In this document: in pieces, positions 20,376 to 29,999 of the stretch
How the letters are laid out: every line of letters starts with the position of its first letter
Position numbering within the stretch: position 1 is the stretch's first letter
Virus record (IMG/VR): IMGVR_UViG_3300014835_000071
Location: 27,338-91,337 of that record
Length of the DNA stretch: 64,000 bases
Strand: one strand, 5' to 3'
DNA from: a virus
The notes under the pieces: generated by a model
The model's database searches: none
What the model was told of the DNA's origin: nothing
Seen by the model: the letters and a program-made list of their open reading frames with translations, nothing else
Position numbers and translations under genes: made by a program

Positions 20376-21458
20376 TTATTTGTCTAATGCCGCAGTTATA
20401 TATTTGCCATATTTGTTATGAAATTCATCAAAACAAGCAATTTCATCAACATCAACTGGTAATTTATAGGTAGTTAACGCAAGTTTAGTGCCCATGATTA
20501 CTAATTCTGTTTCAAAATTTGCCATCATGAATGCGAAGAAATTGTTAACTTTATCATTCCAATCAAGGTCACCATTACTAGCACTGATTTTTAATTCATA
20601 ACATAGGCCAATCGTTAATGAATACATGGCTGATATTTCATGATTGGTCATACCTTTGATTTCACCACTTAAAATATCCACTGGGTTTGGTAATGTACCA
20701 GCTAATTTATGATAAGCGCCAAATTTAATAGCAGCGCCTTCCCCGACTGCACCTGCTATTAATGACATCAAGGTTTCTTCATCTGTGTCATTACCAGTAA
20801 TTAAATCACTTACGAAACTCCAAGAGCGTGGGGTTGCGAATGCTCTAGCACTTGATTTAGGATCATAATCATATAAATCATTCTTGGACCAATTTAAGAA
20901 ACCAATTACATTTTTGTGAATATTATTTTCAGTAGCCCAGTCAAACCAATCAGTGAATGAATGGGTCATTTCTAAATGGATAAATCTATTTGATAATGGA
21001 GCTGGCATTTTATAAGTCACCCCTTTATCAGATTCTCGATTCCCAGCTGCTACGATGACTACATTATCGGGTAATTCATACGTGCCAACTTTGCGATTTA
21101 ATACTAATTGGTATGCTGCTGCTTGTACACTAGGTGCTGCTGAATTCATTTCATCTAAAAATAAAATTATTCTTTCATGTTTGGCAGCGAGATCGGCACT
21201 TGGTAATTCTTCAGGTGGTGCCCATTTCATTGTTCCGGTGATACTATCAAAGTAGGGCACTCCTTTTATGTCAGTTGGGTCCCATAATGATAATCTAATA
21301 TCAATCACTAATGAATTGGTTTTGTCACCTATCAATTTAATAAGATCTGATTTACCAATACCTGGTGGTCCCCAGAGAAAAACTGGACGTTTAATGGCAA
21401 ATGCTTTAGTTAAAGATTTAAAAGCAGCTTTGGGACCAACTGTTCTGTTCAGATTCAT
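20376..21458 (-). CDS. MoxR-type AAA+ ATPase
   Basis: 360 aa; Walker A GPPGIGKS, Walker B LFLDE, AAGN sensor, NRF arginine finger, TPRSW. Confidence 0.9.
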   Translation of the reverse strand: MNLNRTVGPKAAFKSLTKAFAIKRPVFLWGPPGIGKSDLIKLIGDKTNSLVIDIRLSLWDPTDIKGVPYFDSITGTMKWAPPEELPSADLAAKHERIILFLDEMNSAAPSVQAAAYQLVLNRKVGTYELPDNVVIVAAGNRESDKGVTYKMPAPLSNRFIHLEMTHSFTDWFDWATENNIHKNVIGFLNWSKNDLYDYDPKSSARAFATPRSWSFVSDLITGNDTDEETLMSLIAGAVGEGAAIKFGAYHKLAGTLPNPVDILSGEIKGMTNHEISAMYSLTIGLCYELKISASNGDLDWNDKVNNFFAFMMANFETELVIMGTKLALTTYKLPVDVDEIACFDEFHNKYGKYITAALDK

Positions 21459-21492
21459 GATTGTTACCTATTGTTGAAGTGAGAAAGATCAA

Positions 21493-21521
21493 ATTATAGA
21501 GCACTGGTGTTAATTAGTCAA
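21493..21521 (-). promoter_or_regulatory. Sigma70-type promoter for the AAA/VWA pair
   Basis: - strand TTGACT-N17-TATAAT, 34 nt upstream of the ATPase start. Confidence 0.85.
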
Positions 21522-21537
21522 TACATATATTAATTTT

Positions 21538-21921
21538 TTAACCGTTACGAGCCTTTAGTGATTTTATGATACCATACTTTCTAATATCATCTGAAAATAA
21601 TCGTAATTCAAAATTTACAAGTTCAGAAAATACGATTATGTTTCTTGGTGTTAAAAAATACGGGCATTTAATGTATCGACCTAAAAATATCATTGTTTGT
21701 GGGCTATCCCCAATATCAACTGAGAATGGTACATTATAAGAATGCAATTTTAAGGTTTTACTTAGAAAGGCTAGGCCAGCATCAGTTAATCGCAATGACG
21801 CATGTTTGGCACTGCTATTCGTTTTCCACCATTCGCGAGAATACAATATGACATTGGCTTCATCAGTACTTTTGCCCCATTGGGTTAAGAATATTTTTGT
21901 TAATGCATTATTGCTGCTCAT
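21538..21921 (-). CDS. Hypothetical protein
   Basis: 127 aa; overlapping stop/start with upstream gene. Confidence 0.75.
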   Translation of the reverse strand: MSSNNALTKIFLTQWGKSTDEANVILYSREWWKTNSSAKHASLRLTDAGLAFLSKTLKLHSYNVPFSVDIGDSPQTMIFLGRYIKCPYFLTPRNIIVFSELVNFELRLFSDDIRKYGIIKSLKARNG

Positions 21922-22202
21922 TTATCCAACGTACCATTTGCTAATTTAACCACAGTGAAGTCATTACATGTAAATTGATTATTTAATTTAGATGCTAAAT
22001 TTCTAGCATGGCCTGGATTTGAGAATGAAGTTTTTTTATATAAGGGAGAAGCATAGCTCATCATCCCAGGTATATTTCGCAAATTAATCGCACCATTTTT
22101 GTAGAAAACAGCCCAGATTGCGTCTGCATGCAATACCTGGTCAATTTTATGTGTTGTATTGTCAATTTTTTCTAGCATGATAGTTGGTTGTGGTCTTGCC
22201 AT
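21918..22202 (-). CDS. Hypothetical protein
   Basis: 94 aa; GGAG RBS and TAAATA motif upstream. Confidence 0.8.
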   Translation of the reverse strand: MARPQPTIMLEKIDNTTHKIDQVLHADAIWAVFYKNGAINLRNIPGMMSYASPLYKKTSFSNPGHARNLASKLNNQFTCNDFTVVKLANGTLDK

Positions 22203-22223
22203 ATTGAATCTCCGGTAAATATA

Positions 22224-22231
22224 TATTTAGC
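22224..22231 (-). promoter_or_regulatory. Putative late promoter (GCTAAATA)
   Basis: 21 nt upstream of ATG at 22202. Confidence 0.5.
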
Positions 22232-22237
22232 CAGATT

Positions 22238-22477
22238 TCATTCAAAATCGCCACCGTCCATATTAACTGATATTGCTGAAATTTCAACTGTTTGTTTCAA
22301 GGCATTATACATACTTTCATAATCATTATTAACTTTTACTAATAATTCAACTAATGCTAAATTAAGTAACCGAGCTTGCTGCATTGGCAACTTTATTTCA
22401 TTCCGTTGACCTAATTCAGCGGCTCTTAATAATTGTGCAAATTGTGATAATGGAGCTGTGTTTATTTGAGATTGCAT
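22238..22477 (-). CDS. Hypothetical protein
   Basis: 79 aa, helical, acidic C-terminus. Confidence 0.7.
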   Translation of the reverse strand: MQSQINTAPLSQFAQLLRAAELGQRNEIKLPMQQARLLNLALVELLVKVNNDYESMYNALKQTVEISAISVNMDGGDFE

Positions 22478-22932
22478 TTTACCTGACTTGCCGATGCTTT
22501 CGACTTAAATGGTCCACGATAATCGTATCGCTCTACTGTAATTAATTTAGGACAATATGCCACTACCCAATTTTTAAATTTTACCAAATACCACCCTGCA
22601 CAATGATAACTCTTGCTTTGGGCACTTTTGGTATACAGTGGTAGTCCTCGTTGCACATCATACATTGCATTATGCGGTAATGTTCTAGTTGAAAAATCAT
22701 AACATTCAGTTACTTCTGGCTGAATTACTTTAATTTTGTCATTGCGTAGGAAGAAATTTTCACCAAAATAATTAGTCAAATCTTCTTTTTGATTAAACCA
22801 TCTATCACCGCCTTGGTTTGTTAAAATAAATCTATTATTTTCTTGTTTATGTAGCGTGGCAACTTTAGTGCCATTTTGTTCAATGAACCAAAATTTATCA
22901 TCTACTATAGGTTTTGCGTGTATTTCAAACAT
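22462..22932 (-). CDS. Hypothetical protein
   Basis: 156 aa; overlaps both neighbours. Confidence 0.75.
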   Translation of the reverse strand: MFEIHAKPIVDDKFWFIEQNGTKVATLHKQENNRFILTNQGGDRWFNQKEDLTNYFGENFFLRNDKIKVIQPEVTECYDFSTRTLPHNAMYDVQRGLPLYTKSAQSKSYHCAGWYLVKFKNWVVAYCPKLITVERYDYRGPFKSKASASQVKCNLK

Positions 22933-23158
22933 CTAACAGCTCCATAAAACTTAAATTTGCCGCTTCAGCAGCAGTTACCGGTATGGCTACTTCATAACCG
23001 GGAAAGAACATATCATTATTTTTAAATTTAAACATTGATTGTGGCCTATCGTTATATCTAGTAATTACATCAAATTTAAAATACATGCCATCTTTACTAT
23101 TTTTGCATTTACATAAAACACCATCAGCTGGGATACTTTCGAACCATTGAATATGCAT
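22925..23158 (-). CDS. Hypothetical protein
   Basis: 77 aa; GAGG RBS upstream. Confidence 0.65.
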   Translation of the reverse strand: MHIQWFESIPADGVLCKCKNSKDGMYFKFDVITRYNDRPQSMFKFKNNDMFFPGYEVAIPVTAAEAANLSFMELLDV

Positions 23159-23207
23159 AATAACCTCGTAGTTGTGTAATTGAAATTTGTTTGAGTATCG
23201 ATACTAA

Positions 23208-24194
23208 TTAATCTTTAAAATACCGAGCCTGTAATGGACTTGCAAATTGTTGAATATTCTCAACCATTTTCTTCATATCATATGATTGACAAAATTTTAA
23301 CATATGAATACCAACTTGTGTAATTTCTTTTGCTACTGAATTTATTGCTATTGTTTCTTGTATAAATTCTTTAATTTCAAGCGGCTGTGCGGTAAGATCA
23401 ATAAGTACTACATTTCTGTTATAATCATCTAAAACACGGTGTTCCACTCCAGTATGATCAGTCCATCGCTGTAATAGTAAATTATTCCAAGAATAACCTT
23501 TGTCATTTCTATCTGCAAATGCTTCAAGTAAACCAACTTTGTTTTTACTGCCTTTTGTTCTAACTCCCGGATATGCCGAAAATACATTATCACTGGTATC
23601 ACCTCTCATACATTTTTCAAAAAGCATCCATACTGGATCAATTGGCAATTTAACTACGCCAGTTTTTTTATCTTTGATTGGTTTACCCTTTGCGTCAAAG
23701 TATCCTATATGAGTTATAAGTTGATCAGCCACTCCGTTATATTGACTAACATTTTCACAAATTAATTGGTGGAAATCACTATCAGTACTGATAATAATAT
23801 GCTTTGCTGTTGGATGTGCTTGTATAAAACCGGCAATCAAGTCATCAGCTTCTAATTGTGGATGTTGTAGTACAGTACAATTAGTTTTTAATTCAATAAA
23901 GGTTTTAAATTCAGTGAATGCTTCCCAGAACAATGCCTCGTCAGCTTGTTCTTTTGCTGACATTGCTGCCCTGATGGTAGCTCTATTTTGTTTATATGGG
24001 GCATAATAGTGTTTACGCCATGAATGTCCTTCATTGCATATAACTACATGTTTGCCACCAAAATCCTGCCATGCTTTTTTTATTGCGTTAAAGGTGATGT
24101 GAAATGACATGCCAAGTTTTAAATCGGCATTTCCTTGTATTGCGTGTTTTGCACGATAAAAAGTGTTAGCTAGATCAACGATAATATATGTCAT
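23208..24194 (-). CDS. rnh: 5'-3' exonuclease / flap endonuclease, T4 RNase H-like
   Basis: 328 aa; IIVDLAN, WRK, EADDLIA, STDSDFHQL, RGDTSDNV motifs of the FEN1/T4 RNase H family. Confidence 0.9.
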   Translation of the reverse strand: MTYIIVDLANTFYRAKHAIQGNADLKLGMSFHITFNAIKKAWQDFGGKHVVICNEGHSWRKHYYAPYKQNRATIRAAMSAKEQADEALFWEAFTEFKTFIELKTNCTVLQHPQLEADDLIAGFIQAHPTAKHIIISTDSDFHQLICENVSQYNGVADQLITHIGYFDAKGKPIKDKKTGVVKLPIDPVWMLFEKCMRGDTSDNVFSAYPGVRTKGSKNKVGLLEAFADRNDKGYSWNNLLLQRWTDHTGVEHRVLDDYNRNVVLIDLTAQPLEIKEFIQETIAINSVAKEITQVGIHMLKFCQSYDMKKMVENIQQFASPLQARYFKD

Positions 24195-24225
24195 GTATAT
24201 CCTTACTGCTACTAGTTTGGGATGA

Positions 24226-24254
24226 TAGTAGGTCGTGTAATAACCGACCTACTA
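24226..24254 (-). other. Intergenic stem-loop upstream of the RNase H-like gene
   Basis: 10-bp perfect arms tagtaggtcg / cgacctacta, 9-nt loop; no U-tract. Confidence 0.55.
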
Positions 24255-24269
24255 ATAAATTATTAACTA

Positions 24270-24722
24270 CTAACTGACGATGCTTTTGCCGTCAGATAAC
24301 TTAGTTACGTTGATATAATTAGCTGAACGATTATTGACGCTATCATTGCCGATATCCACTGCTATATTGATACAAATATCCCTAAACCATCTGCCTACAA
24401 TTTCCTCATCTGGATCTCCATCAAATCCATACCCAGCATTTCGTAATTGTACTATGAAATTATCATTCCAGTCAAGTTCATAAACGCCATTTCGTATATT
24501 ATCTTGATTTACTTTAAAATCGATGACATCTACCCACGGCTCTTTGCGTTTATTTGCCAGTTCCTTGGGTGTCAATTTAAGGTCAGCAGCCTTGGCTCTG
24601 CTTAGCTTTCGCTTAGCTGCTACTTTACTCTTGTCATCTTGCTCTTTAATGTCAACTGTTTTGGTGGGAATAGACATTCCAATTATATTTTTAAAAAATT
24701 TAGTAATCATTTTTCTTGTCAT
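24270..24722 (-). CDS. Hypothetical protein
   Basis: 150 aa; ATGA-type overlap with upstream gene. Confidence 0.75.
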   Translation of the reverse strand: MTRKMITKFFKNIIGMSIPTKTVDIKEQDDKSKVAAKRKLSRAKAADLKLTPKELANKRKEPWVDVIDFKVNQDNIRNGVYELDWNDNFIVQLRNAGYGFDGDPDEEIVGRWFRDICINIAVDIGNDSVNNRSANYINVTKLSDGKSIVS

Positions 24723-25156
24723 TTAGCGGCACGTTCTTCTCGGAATTGTTGGCAATCATAAGTTGCAGATTTTAACACTTCGGAAAAATTCAATGCTTGT
24801 TGCTCACTCATGATAGTTGTATGATGATATTTTACATACCCAACTGTTAGGATTTGATACATCAATTTAACACGATGATATACACTATTGATGAAATAAC
24901 GGACGGAGTCATCGATGGCATATACCCAAGGATTTTTTATATTGGGGAAATTATCATCCACTAATATATTTCGCCATGTGGATTTGGGTTCAGTCCAAAT
25001 ATTGATTGTCACGCCAGTCTCGTCCGCTTCCACTTCAAAATCAATGCTATCATCGTGATTGCCACATTGGCAATCAATTTTATAAAATTTACTATCGCCA
25101 AACTCGCCGGTCTTCATTATACCTTCAGCGGGTTCTTGTGCTAAAATTTTAGTCAT
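24719..25156 (-). CDS. Hypothetical protein
   Basis: 145 aa; contains a CxCxxH motif. Confidence 0.75.
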   Translation of the reverse strand: MTKILAQEPAEGIMKTGEFGDSKFYKIDCQCGNHDDSIDFEVEADETGVTINIWTEPKSTWRNILVDDNFPNIKNPWVYAIDDSVRYFINSVYHRVKLMYQILTVGYVKYHHTTIMSEQQALNFSEVLKSATYDCQQFREERAAK

Positions 25157-25335
25157 TACAGTTCACCTAAGTTGGATTCGGAAAGAGTGATAAGTTCACT
25201 CGTGAGGTAATTAAGATATTCAGTCATCATACCCACTTTAGTAGTTTGCGTGGTATTCTGGTCAAGTGATAATTTATCAAGATCAGCATTAACTATGGCA
25301 ATTTTTTTAGTCAATTCGACAATGGTTAAACTCAT
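25156..25335 (-). CDS. Small hypothetical protein not in the ORF track (59 aa)
   Basis: Hand translation MSLTIVELTKKIAIVNADLDKLSLDQNTTQTTKVGMMTEYLNYLTSELITLSESNLGEL*; AGGA RBS; TAATG coupling to the downstream gene. Confidence 0.7.
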   Translation of the reverse strand: MSLTIVELTKKIAIVNADLDKLSLDQNTTQTTKVGMMTEYLNYLTSELITLSESNLGEL

Positions 25336-25344
25336 CGTGTATTC

Positions 25345-25530
25345 CTATAGTTGAAATTCCAACACTTTATCAAAATCAGTTGTATTAAAGATCATGGATG
25401 TCGCAGTATGTTCAAAATCATCAACTGATACTATCGTGGTTAATTGTTTAATCAATTCACCTAGTTCTTGGTATGTACCAGTAAATTCATCCATAAATTC
25501 TTGTGAAAAATTAATATTAATTTTTTTCAT
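25345..25530 (-). CDS. Small acidic hypothetical protein
   Basis: 61 aa; fills gap in - strand run. Confidence 0.6.
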   Translation of the reverse strand: MKKININFSQEFMDEFTGTYQELGELIKQLTTIVSVDDFEHTATSMIFNTTDFDKVLEFQL

Positions 25531-25574
25531 CTAATTAGTAATTTTAATGTGTTGAATAATAAAAATGGCATAAT

Positions 25575-25642
25575 CCATCAGTGTATTTAACCTGATGGTA
25601 TACCGGTGAATGACAAGAACTGTAGGTTGGAACCCAACCTAC
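25575..25642 (-). other. Two tandem intergenic stem-loops
   Basis: ccatcag/ctgatgg (25575-25598) and gtaggttgg/ccaacctac (25622-25642) inverted repeats in a 128-nt intergenic gap. Confidence 0.5.
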
Positions 25643-25658
25643 TATATCCTACTTTATA

Positions 25659-25937
25659 CTATTTTTTAACTGCTGGTTTGTTATTATTCCAAGGCTTATT
25701 GCCCTGGTATGGTTTACGATCACCATATGGTGGCTTGGTACCTTGATATGGCTTACGTGGTCGTTTACTTGCTAAAAAAGCTCCATATGATTGTGAATCT
25801 TTGCGATATAGTTCACCTGGATCAAAGTGTCGCAATTCTATTCTACAAAAATCATGAAATTCTTCAAGATCGGCAAATATTTTAACAACGTCTGGGCGGT
25901 TTTCAAAATAAGAATAAGTTCTGTAATTTCTAGCCAT
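25659..25937 (-). CDS. Hypothetical protein with basic low-complexity tail
   Basis: 92 aa; RKPYQG repeated twice in a K/R/P-rich C-terminus; AAGGAAG RBS. Confidence 0.8.
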   Translation of the reverse strand: MARNYRTYSYFENRPDVVKIFADLEEFHDFCRIELRHFDPGELYRKDSQSYGAFLASKRPRKPYQGTKPPYGDRKPYQGNKPWNNNKPAVKK

Positions 25938-26056
25938 GCTAGTCTTCCTTGATATAATAGGATTAAAAACACTACGGTATTGTAGTGAAATAATAGTTAT
26001 AAACTACCTTCTTTACTTATGCTTTCGTACTGCACACTTGGTAAAATCTGAAAAAA

Positions 26057-26326
26057 TCATAAATTATAATACTGCGATTGACTTGGCTGTAATCTACCAG
26101 CCGCCAATGATTCCACCTGAACAGTTAACATATCAATCTTAGTTACCAATGATTGTAACGGGCCAATAGTTGGTCTATCAGCCGATTGAGTTAATGATGC
26201 AATTAATAACAAATTACGAAAGCATTTCTGTACAGCTGGATTCGTCGAAGTCATGACAATATCAAATAATTCTACAAATTTGTCTAATTCAAAAGTATCA
26301 TGCGTAATATGAGATTGCTTGGACAT
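26057..26326 (-). CDS. Hypothetical protein
   Basis: 89 aa; GGTGG upstream. Confidence 0.7.
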   Translation of the reverse strand: MSKQSHITHDTFELDKFVELFDIVMTSTNPAVQKCFRNLLLIASLTQSADRPTIGPLQSLVTKIDMLTVQVESLAAGRLQPSQSQYYNL

Positions 26327-26337
26327 TATACCACCAA

Positions 26338-27069
26338 TTACGCTAATTGTGCTGGAAAAATATATTTATACACGGCAGTGCCACTGTCAACTGATATTTG
26401 CAAGGCACCGGCATCGGCAATACTGACAATTTTATCACCAAGTAGATTAAGTACATTCAAGACATGCGATTTAGGCCATACATATTTTTTACGTAATGAT
26501 CCGGTAATGCCAGTGTGAAATACAAAATTCCCAGCATGAGTGTTTAGATCACCCATGCTAATTACCAATTTGTCCCCGTCAGTAGTTATATGAAATGTCG
26601 TTTCTTCAGTATGTGCTGATGCTTGAAATTTAAATCGTTGAATGTTAGTAATAGTTGGCTCAAATTCAATATCCCACTGCGTTCCTAGAAATTCGGCGGC
26701 TTTCATCTTAATGTCAACGATCTTTCTAGACATAAACCGAAAATCATTTTGGAAATCACCAGCTTCATTGCTAAAATGAATGCCAGTCGGCAATACTTCA
26801 CCATCACGTACATCAGTAACTAAATTAATCCCGGCATTGGTGGCATATTCTGGACATTTTAAATGTAAATCTAGTTTATTTAAGCTAGTCATGCCAAATA
26901 CCCCATTTATATTTGCCACTGGTATTTTAGTCGTACAATTAAATAACATAACTCTATCTTCCGATACTGCATCAACATATGTCTTATCGGCAGTTGCTGT
27001 TACTCGAAGTAATGGGATAACCCCTAACGCATGTGTATGACCAACTAAATCTTGTAGAAATGTTTTCAT
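26338..27069 (-). CDS. Probable DNA sliding clamp (T4 gp45/PCNA-like)
   Basis: 243 aa, alternating beta/alpha pattern in two halves, adjacent to DNA polymerase; clamp loader in the same window. Inferred from size and context, not a strong motif. Confidence 0.55.
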   Translation of the reverse strand: MKTFLQDLVGHTHALGVIPLLRVTATADKTYVDAVSEDRVMLFNCTTKIPVANINGVFGMTSLNKLDLHLKCPEYATNAGINLVTDVRDGEVLPTGIHFSNEAGDFQNDFRFMSRKIVDIKMKAAEFLGTQWDIEFEPTITNIQRFKFQASAHTEETTFHITTDGDKLVISMGDLNTHAGNFVFHTGITGSLRKKYVWPKSHVLNVLNLLGDKIVSIADAGALQISVDSGTAVYKYIFPAQLA

Positions 27070-27098
27070 CGTAATCCTTAATTCTTAAGTAAAAAAAT

Positions 27099-27127
27099 AT
27101 TATACTACGTAATGTAGTGTTTGTCAA
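27099..27127 (-). promoter_or_regulatory. Consensus sigma70 promoter for the clamp gene
   Basis: - strand TTGACA-N17-TATAAT, exact consensus. Confidence 0.9.
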
Positions 27128-27134
27128 TACACTA

Positions 27135-29975
27135 TTAAAATTTAAATAATCCATCTACCGAAGTTTTTTCATGTGTACTAAGTAAATCCCAATTTAAAAC
27201 TCCTATTAAATTGGATACTTTTTTATCAATAATAACTGCTTCCATTGCTAAGTGGTCAAATGGTAAATCCTTAAACCACTGTGGTACTCGTAGTTCATCC
27301 ACTGGATATGCCACACTTAGAAAGCCTAATGGATTGGCTTTGAGTTTACAGACGATCACCTTAGCTCCATCAGCGATTCCCATTGAATAACGATCATCGA
27401 ACATTTTTTTCAATATATTCCAATTAATACTGGCTCTCACGTGACCTGGCATATTAGTCTTACCATTGTCGTATTCTTTATTCTGGTATTTTGTGATATT
27501 ATTGGCACGTTTAGGTGAACCCTTTTCCCAGCCGGGTCTAGCTTTAAATAATGTTCTAAATTCAGTGATATGGTTAAGTACATCCTGTTCGGAATTATCA
27601 CTTAATGTCAATGATAGCACTTCACTGAGAAAGTTTTGTACGAATTCAGGTGTATCACTACGTCGAAGATCTAACCCCATTGCTTTAATTTCACCTGGTT
27701 TCCCATCAATGTCTTTTCGCTTACCTTCTTTATCATAAACCAATACCGCATATCGTTTTTTAGTGATGAATAGTGATTTACTACCAACAATTTCCCGACC
27801 TGCTTTGATAAGATTTCCATTGGTAGCTGGGCAATGAAATGAGCGCACCATAAAATCAGTGAATGTAGTGTTAACTTGATCGCCTATTTGATCATATAAT
27901 GAAATGATAGATTCTTTAGTCCACATCACTGTCTTATCTTCAATGGCTGGTTTTAATGTCGTATATGCTGAGAAATAACAGCTGTCAGTGTCACCGTATA
28001 TGATAGATTCTCCGGTATGAGAATATTCACCGGTTATAATTTCGTTTACCTGTGATGCCATATGCTTACCGATTTGCTTACCGGTTAATGTGACAGATTG
28101 TCCAATTCGTTTGTCATAAAATCGACTACCTCTATTAAGTAATGCTCCGTATAATGAATTTAGTACGATTTTCTTAACATGTTGGCGTTTATCCCAATAT
28201 TCTTCCTGTATAGCATCACCACTTACTATCGCTGCTTTTTGTTTCTTTTGCATTTCCTTACGTTCAGCATACCATCGTTGTAACAATCCTGGTATAATTG
28301 CTTCTTTATCATATGAAAAAATGGTTCCGTTGGCACTTAGCATCCACGGTTGTCTTTTATCAAAAATAAGTTCGTAGATATCAGTGGCACGACCTGTGTC
28401 AGACCCACCTGCTTCCCAATCAATTGTGATATTAATCGAAGTGCTTCTGTCCATAACAGCGGTGTATTCCAAAGAGCCAAACAAATTTTCCCATGCCTCA
28501 GTAATGGTCTTTTTAGCTAATAATTCTTGTCGAATAAATGGTACAGTCATATCTTGACGTAATTGGCCAACTATAGTTTCTGGTCCCATATTTAACGCAC
28601 GAATTACCGATGGATATAGTGAATTTATATCTAATGAACCAACCCAATCATGTATACCTTTTTTTGGGTATGCCACATAAGCACCTGCTGCACCATCGTC
28701 AACTACCACTATGCTACGGTCAACTTTGATACGATTTGGTATTTGAAAACCTCTACTATGCGATTCGTTGATGATTGATTGATCAGTTACTGCTACAGCG
28801 CCCATTGTCGTTGGTAGCAAAACTGTACATTCATGTGCCAATACATTTGCAATATCCATGAATTTAAGTTTACGATCCAATTTTTCAAGCAACATGGTAT
28901 CTTGTCTATTATATTCAATAAATTTCTTAAAATCATTGTTGTATAATTGATCAAGTGTACCTTCGTATTCAGTTTTGTGATCACCTAATTCATATTCCGC
29001 TACCGCATCTAACCGGTATGAATGCCGTTCTTCGTAGGTATACTTGCGGTATAATTCAAGACTATCCAGATGAACTCTGCCTATTAAATCATAGGTAACT
29101 GCTGCCTTGCCATATCTTTCATATTCTCGTTTTTTTGGCAATTGATCCCATAGACAAAATCGTCTAGTATCATTTTTACTAAGTACCTTAGTCACACGAT
29201 TAACCGTGTATGGAATATCAAAGCCTTCACTATTCCACCCGCTAAGTACATCGGCGTCTTGGATTAAATCCAAAAATGTATCAAGCATATCACGTTCGGT
29301 AGTAAACAATAACGTATCTGGGAATTCGGCAACTAATGCGGTAGCTTCCTCCATTGATATGGTATTTGGTGGCACAGCCAGACAAATCAAGGAATCTAAC
29401 CATTGCAAATACACTGCGATAGCTGTAATTGGCATAAACGCATCATCTGGTGAAGCATAACCTGGACCAGGTTGAAGATATCTACTAGTGGTAACAGCAA
29501 CCCATCGTTTTTTAGTATCGTCATATACTTCATACTCATCTTTGTTAGTGAGTTGTCCTAGTTGAAATACAGTAATTTTCCGCGTAGACAATTTATCACG
29601 AATTTTAACCATTTGCTGAGAAGGTACGGCAAATGGTTGCATATCGGTCTCGATATCAAACCACGCAACATTTAATTTTGGAGATTCTAATCCAATATAG
29701 TTATCACTTAAGCATACATGTATTGGATTAATGTCAGATTCGTGCAATTTCCTATTACTATTAATGTGCAATTCTTTACGAAAATCACTGGTGCTTCGGC
29801 AAGTTATTTTGGTCAGTGGAATTCCGTAAATTGAGCGAAATTTTCCTTTTGGATCATCCACATAGAATGTTCGTTTAATTGGAAATTCATTATATTCACG
29901 AATTCCATCTTTATTCCGCTCAACTACCTTAATAACATCAGCTGCTGTATCTACCATTGCGTCAACGTATGACAT
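27135..29975 (-). CDS. gp43: Family B DNA polymerase (T4 gp43-like)
   Basis: 946 aa; ExoI FDIETD, ExoII GWNSEGFDIPY, ExoIII YNRQD, motif A SLDINSLYPS, motif B KIVLNSLYG, motif C YGDTDS, KKRY. Confidence 0.97.
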   Translation of the reverse strand: MSYVDAMVDTAADVIKVVERNKDGIREYNEFPIKRTFYVDDPKGKFRSIYGIPLTKITCRSTSDFRKELHINSNRKLHESDINPIHVCLSDNYIGLESPKLNVAWFDIETDMQPFAVPSQQMVKIRDKLSTRKITVFQLGQLTNKDEYEVYDDTKKRWVAVTTSRYLQPGPGYASPDDAFMPITAIAVYLQWLDSLICLAVPPNTISMEEATALVAEFPDTLLFTTERDMLDTFLDLIQDADVLSGWNSEGFDIPYTVNRVTKVLSKNDTRRFCLWDQLPKKREYERYGKAAVTYDLIGRVHLDSLELYRKYTYEERHSYRLDAVAEYELGDHKTEYEGTLDQLYNNDFKKFIEYNRQDTMLLEKLDRKLKFMDIANVLAHECTVLLPTTMGAVAVTDQSIINESHSRGFQIPNRIKVDRSIVVVDDGAAGAYVAYPKKGIHDWVGSLDINSLYPSVIRALNMGPETIVGQLRQDMTVPFIRQELLAKKTITEAWENLFGSLEYTAVMDRSTSINITIDWEAGGSDTGRATDIYELIFDKRQPWMLSANGTIFSYDKEAIIPGLLQRWYAERKEMQKKQKAAIVSGDAIQEEYWDKRQHVKKIVLNSLYGALLNRGSRFYDKRIGQSVTLTGKQIGKHMASQVNEIITGEYSHTGESIIYGDTDSCYFSAYTTLKPAIEDKTVMWTKESIISLYDQIGDQVNTTFTDFMVRSFHCPATNGNLIKAGREIVGSKSLFITKKRYAVLVYDKEGKRKDIDGKPGEIKAMGLDLRRSDTPEFVQNFLSEVLSLTLSDNSEQDVLNHITEFRTLFKARPGWEKGSPKRANNITKYQNKEYDNGKTNMPGHVRASINWNILKKMFDDRYSMGIADGAKVIVCKLKANPLGFLSVAYPVDELRVPQWFKDLPFDHLAMEAVIIDKKVSNLIGVLNWDLLSTHEKTSVDGLFKF

Positions 29976-29999
29976 TGTTAACTCTCCTACTCAAGTTTA

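Noticed and set aside
29466-29642. Polymerase insertion as an intein or intron
   Set aside because: No Cys/Ser start or His-Asn end, too short, and the frame is uninterrupted.
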